Below are positions 14,583-16,938 of a DNA stretch of 16,938 nt, piece after piece. The notes beneath the pieces were generated by a model, which was not told where the DNA came from, ran no database searches, and worked only from the letters and a program-made list of their open reading frames with translations. The stretch covers positions 137,310 to 154,247 of IMG/VR virus record IMGVR_UViG_3300032334_002267; one strand, 5' to 3'. The DNA comes from a virus (Duplodnaviria; Heunggongvirae; Uroviricota; Caudoviricetes). Each line of letters begins with the position of its first letter. Positions within the stretch are counted from its first letter, which is position 1. The translations under genes were made by a program, and so were the position numbers.

Positions 14583-14603
14583 GAAACCGTTGTCAACGGT
14601 TCC
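14583..14603. promoter_or_regulatory. 21-bp palindrome (motif A), copy 4
   Basis: GAAACCGTTG-T-CAACGGTTCC. Confidence 0.8.
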
Positions 14604-14667
14604 GCGATTGCATTCTCGATCAGGGAAAAGAAGGTTGGAAATATTTTTTTGAAATCTCTCAAATTTA

Positions 14668-14699
14668 TTTTTTTATCTGAAGAAGTTTAATTACATTTG
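14668..14699 (+). promoter_or_regulatory. Bacteroidota promoter P15
   Basis: TTTTTTTAT-N15-TACATTTG. Confidence 0.85.
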
Positions 14700-14719
14700 C
14701 TCCAACAAAAACACACATC

Positions 14720-15019
14720 ATGAAAGTTATTCTAAACGAGGGTATTAAACCTTCATCATCAAACGGAGGACGTTTTCAGGACATTATCATTGTCAATGAA
14801 AAGAAAGAGAAATTCAGAATTTATATTCTGTCAGAATCTCACGAATCCCAATCCTACGCCCGTCTATACAAATGGACCAACGAAAAAGGCTGGGAGGTAA
14901 TAACGTCAAAGAACCCTAAGAGGGATTACAAGATTGATATCTCATATCAGTCAAGTTATCCTCAGAGCGCATTCAATCGTATTATTTCAGACCTAACCGC
15001 AATCGCTGAACATTTTTAA
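14720..15019 (+). CDS. hypothetical protein, 99 aa
   Basis: Follows P15 with the canonical leader. Confidence 0.85.
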   Translation: MKVILNEGIKPSSSNGGRFQDIIIVNEKKEKFRIYILSESHESQSYARLYKWTNEKGWEVITSKNPKRDYKIDISYQSSYPQSAFNRIISDLTAIAEHF

Positions 15020-15022
15020 ACT

Positions 15023-15063
15023 AAAAAAAATCTGTAATTTATTTTTTATTACAGATTTTTTTT
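15023..15063. repeat. perfect 16-bp inverted repeat (terminator-like) overlapping promoter P16
   Basis: AAAAAAAATCTGTAAT-TTATTTTTT-ATTACAGATTTTTTTT. Confidence 0.95.
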
Positions 15064-15073
15064 CTTATCTTTG
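15042..15073 (+). promoter_or_regulatory. Bacteroidota promoter P16
   Basis: T-run starts 24 nt upstream of TATCTTTG (15066-15073). Confidence 0.8.
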
Positions 15074-15095
15074 CACCAACAAAACCTATATAATT

Positions 15096-15308
15096 ATGAC
15101 AAACGAACAATCAGCAATCTTCAGAAAGGTACTAGATACCAATTGGGAAGTTAAAGAGTTAACAGAATCCAGCAGATGGATAGAAGCAATAGAAAAGGCA
15201 AAAGAGCTTGATAGGCTAAAATCCGAACTCAAAGAATCGATGGGTGAATATGAGTACAACAAGTTCATGGACACTGGACGTAAAATGTTTTCCCCTGCCG
15301 AAGACTAA
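15096..15308 (+). CDS. hypothetical protein, 70 aa, helical
   Basis: Follows P16. Confidence 0.85.
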   Translation: MTNEQSAIFRKVLDTNWEVKELTESSRWIEAIEKAKELDRLKSELKESMGEYEYNKFMDTGRKMFSPAED

Positions 15309-15359
15309 CACCTATAGTATTCTTTAATCAAAATTTCACACACTAAAATTGCAATCACC

Positions 15360-15701
15360 ATGGCAAAGAAACAAAAAAAACTAAACAGAAAAATCCAAGA
15401 GATCTTTGGATCCGTCATCTCTTCAGAATCCTCAGTGTTCTCAAAGGAAGATGTGCTAAGACTTTTAGAAGAGGTAAACGAAGCTGCGGAAAAGAAAACT
15501 TCAATATCTCAGGATCAATTGGATGACCTATCGGAAAGGATATCAACTGCAATTTCATATGTGGATGGCTTAGATCTTGTTGATGATTACTGTCTTGAGA
15601 TGGATGGAAATTGTGTTGAGATACGCAGTCTTGATCTTGACGGTGACCAGATTAAAGAAATTATAGATGAAGCTATCTCAGAATGGGAAGATGAAATTTA
15701 A
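15360..15701 (+). CDS. acidic hypothetical protein, 113 aa
   Basis: ATG start, followed by a terminator. A degenerate promoter may lie at 15320-15351 (TTCTTTAAT-N15-TAAAATTG). Confidence 0.85.
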   Translation: MAKKQKKLNRKIQEIFGSVISSESSVFSKEDVLRLLEEVNEAAEKKTSISQDQLDDLSERISTAISYVDGLDLVDDYCLEMDGNCVEIRSLDLDGDQIKEIIDEAISEWEDEI

Positions 15702-15722
15702 GAGTTAGTGTGTTTGTTTGTT

Positions 15723-15759
15723 AAAGATCCCAACTTCGGTTGGGGTTTTTTTTGTGGGT
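15723..15759 (+). terminator. intrinsic terminator with UUCG loop and TTTTGTGGGT tail
   Basis: GATCCCAAC-TTCG-GTTGGGGTT, T-run, then GTGGGT. Confidence 0.9.
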
Positions 15760-15802
15760 TGAGTTCGTGACGTGCTCACTTGAAACGTCATATGACGTCT
15801 GC

Positions 15803-15823
15803 GGAACCGATGCCAACGGTTCC
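15803..15823. promoter_or_regulatory. 21-bp palindrome (motif A), copy 5
   Basis: GGAACCGATG-C-CAACGGTTCC. Confidence 0.8.
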
Positions 15824-15881
15824 TCTCCAGCTGAGCAAACCAGCTGAGCGAAATTCGATTCTGAAAATATCCAGCTTGGAA

Positions 15882-15913
15882 TTTTTTTTATTGAAAGGTA
15901 ATCATTACTTTTG
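15882..15913 (+). promoter_or_regulatory. Bacteroidota promoter P17
   Basis: T8 run starts 24 nt upstream of TACTTTTG (15906-15913). Confidence 0.85.
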
Positions 15914-15931
15914 TCCCACAAAACACACAAC

Positions 15932-16375
15932 ATGAGCAACTTAAAATTATCGCCAAGCCTATTTATTAAAGAGAACGAAGTCATTAGCTACGACACAGTG
16001 GTAGCAGTGATTAAGGATGGAGCTATTTATGAGAAGGGAAAATTCTCAAGAACAACAACTAGACACGTGCGCATCGTGGCCAACCTATTTAAGCTAAATG
16101 TTATATCAGATGCCAAAGCAAAAATCCCATTCCACAAATACGAGATGGGAGAAGCAAACTGCAGAGTAGATAATTGCTTTAGCATCCGCACCTCTATTAA
16201 GATAGCTCAAGCTGTCTCCGAAGGCTCAAGCTTTTTATCCGCATTATCAACGATTCCCAAATATCCTCCTAAGGATGAAATTGTCCTACGCAGATATCTC
16301 AATAAAAAAGGAGTTGACTTGAACGAGTTTGAAAAGATTAGAAAATTCAACACCGTCCTAAAACACATCATGTAA
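15932..16375 (+). CDS. hypothetical protein, 147 aa (start moved from 15911 to ATG 15932)
   Basis: The track start overlaps the -7 box. ATG 15932 has a CACAAAACACACAAC leader. Confidence 0.85.
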   Translation: MSNLKLSPSLFIKENEVISYDTVVAVIKDGAIYEKGKFSRTTTRHVRIVANLFKLNVISDAKAKIPFHKYEMGEANCRVDNCFSIRTSIKIAQAVSEGSSFLSALSTIPKYPPKDEIVLRRYLNKKGVDLNEFEKIRKFNTVLKHIM

Positions 16376-16377
16376 AC

Positions 16378-16411
16378 ATAGTATGGTAGTAAGATACCAC
16401 GCACGCGAGCG
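16378..16411 (+). repeat. 34-nt conserved motif B, copy 3 of 3
   Basis: ATAGTATGGTAGTAAGATACCACGCACGCGAGCG, ending 5 nt upstream of the tRNA. Confidence 0.9.
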
Positions 16412-16416
16412 ATTAA

Positions 16417-16490
16417 GGTCAGGTGGCGCAATTGGTTAGCGCAAGATGCTTATACCATCGAGGCTACGGGTTCGAGTCCCGTCCTGACTA
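16417..16490 (+). tRNA. tRNA-Ile, anticodon UAU (TAT at 16451-16453)
   Basis: Full cloverleaf: acceptor GGTCAGG/CCTGACT, D stem GCGC/GCGC, anticodon stem AGATG/CATCG with loop CTTATAC, T arm ACGGG-TTCGAGT-CCCGT, discriminator A. CCA is not encoded. Confidence 0.92.
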
Positions 16491-16510
16491 CAAAAACGAA
16501 TTAAAATAAA

Positions 16511-16759
16511 ATGGGAAAAGCAATCAGAAATGTATTTAAAACTGATACATTAACTTTAACAGAATGTACTGATGGATATTATCTTTGGGATAAAGTCGCT
16601 GGTTTTAATATAGCAATACACGCTAAAAGTGAACAACAGGCTCTTATTGATGGACTAGATTATTACCAAAGGTATCATTCTAAATTAAAAAAAGAATACA
16701 AAGAACTGAACGACAAAGTAGAAAGCTTCCTTTGTCAATTTAATAGAGAAGAAGATTAA
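16511..16759 (+). CDS. hypothetical protein, 82 aa, low GC
   Basis: ATG 20 nt after the tRNA. C-terminal coiled-coil-like segment. Confidence 0.8.
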   Translation: MGKAIRNVFKTDTLTLTECTDGYYLWDKVAGFNIAIHAKSEQQALIDGLDYYQRYHSKLKKEYKELNDKVESFLCQFNREED

Positions 16760-16779
16760 AAAATAATTCACCCAAATAA

Positions 16780-16811
16780 TTTTTTTATCCGGTGGAAAGG
16801 CTGTATATTTG
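16780..16811 (+). promoter_or_regulatory. Bacteroidota promoter P18
   Basis: TTTTTTTAT-N15-TATATTTG. Confidence 0.85.
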
Positions 16812-16830
16812 TGTTCTAAACAAACACATC

Positions 16831-16938
16831 ATGAGACGCAAAATCATCCGCAGCAACGTTAACCCTCTTCAGCTTCCACAATACTTTTTTGCTGGTCGCT
16901 CAGTTCTCACCTTCCGCAACACCCAGACCGGGACTCAC
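16831..16938 (+). CDS. hypothetical protein, 5' partial (MRRKIIRSNVNPLQLPQYFFAGRSVLTFRNTQTGTH...)
   Basis: ATG after P18 with an AAACAAACACATC leader. Open to the window end. Confidence 0.8.
   Translation, partial: MRRKIIRSNVNPLQLPQYFFAGRSVLTFRNTQTGTH

Noticed and set aside
14477-14690. ORFs 14499-14690 (+) and 14477-14662 (-)
   Set aside because: They span the terminator, palindrome and promoter of an intergenic module.
9919-15823. Integron attC sites or cassette array
   Set aside because: The palindrome is 21 bp, far shorter than attC, and lacks the RYYYAAC/GTTRRRY ends. It is not adjacent to stop codons, and no integrase is in the window.
687-16431. Remaining minus-strand ORFs (687, 1030, 5941, 7307, 7911, 10210, 13299, 15086, 15721, 16207) and nested + ORFs (5951, 9200)
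   Set aside because: Shadows of better-supported + strand genes. I found no minus-strand promoter or leader pattern for them.
1-16938. Stop-codon reassignment, as in some crAss-like and Lak phages
   Set aside because: Genes read intact in the standard code, and TAG and TGA stops fall at gene junctions or just before promoters.

Overview
This looks like 16.9 kb of a large dsDNA phage infecting Bacteroidota. The inference rests on 18 host-type TAnnTTTG promoters, A-rich Shine-Dalgarno-less leaders, about 48 mostly tiny genes all on the + strand, and no housekeeping, structural or integrase genes. Bases 1-1384 are the GC-richer end of an upstream operon. Bases 1385-16938 form an early or host-takeover-type array of short promoter-gene(s)-terminator units. 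Recognisable products are few: a RadA/Sms-like RecA-family ATPase next to a DUF932-like protein, two small HTH proteins, a C4 zinc-ribbon protein, a lipoprotein, a DUF4313-like protein and a tRNA-Ile with the rare UAU anticodon. The most unusual signal is non-coding. Several intergenic spacers share an ordered architecture: terminator ending in TTTTGTGG, a sequence-variable short palindrome, a conserved 21-bp palindrome GGAACCGTTG-N-CAACGGTTCC, often short CAG-core direct repeats, then the promoter. There is also a separate 34-nt motif in three copies, GT-rich 3' trailers complementary to the 5' leaders, and promoters embedded in inverted repeats. Family assignments come from motif recognition only; no searches were run.
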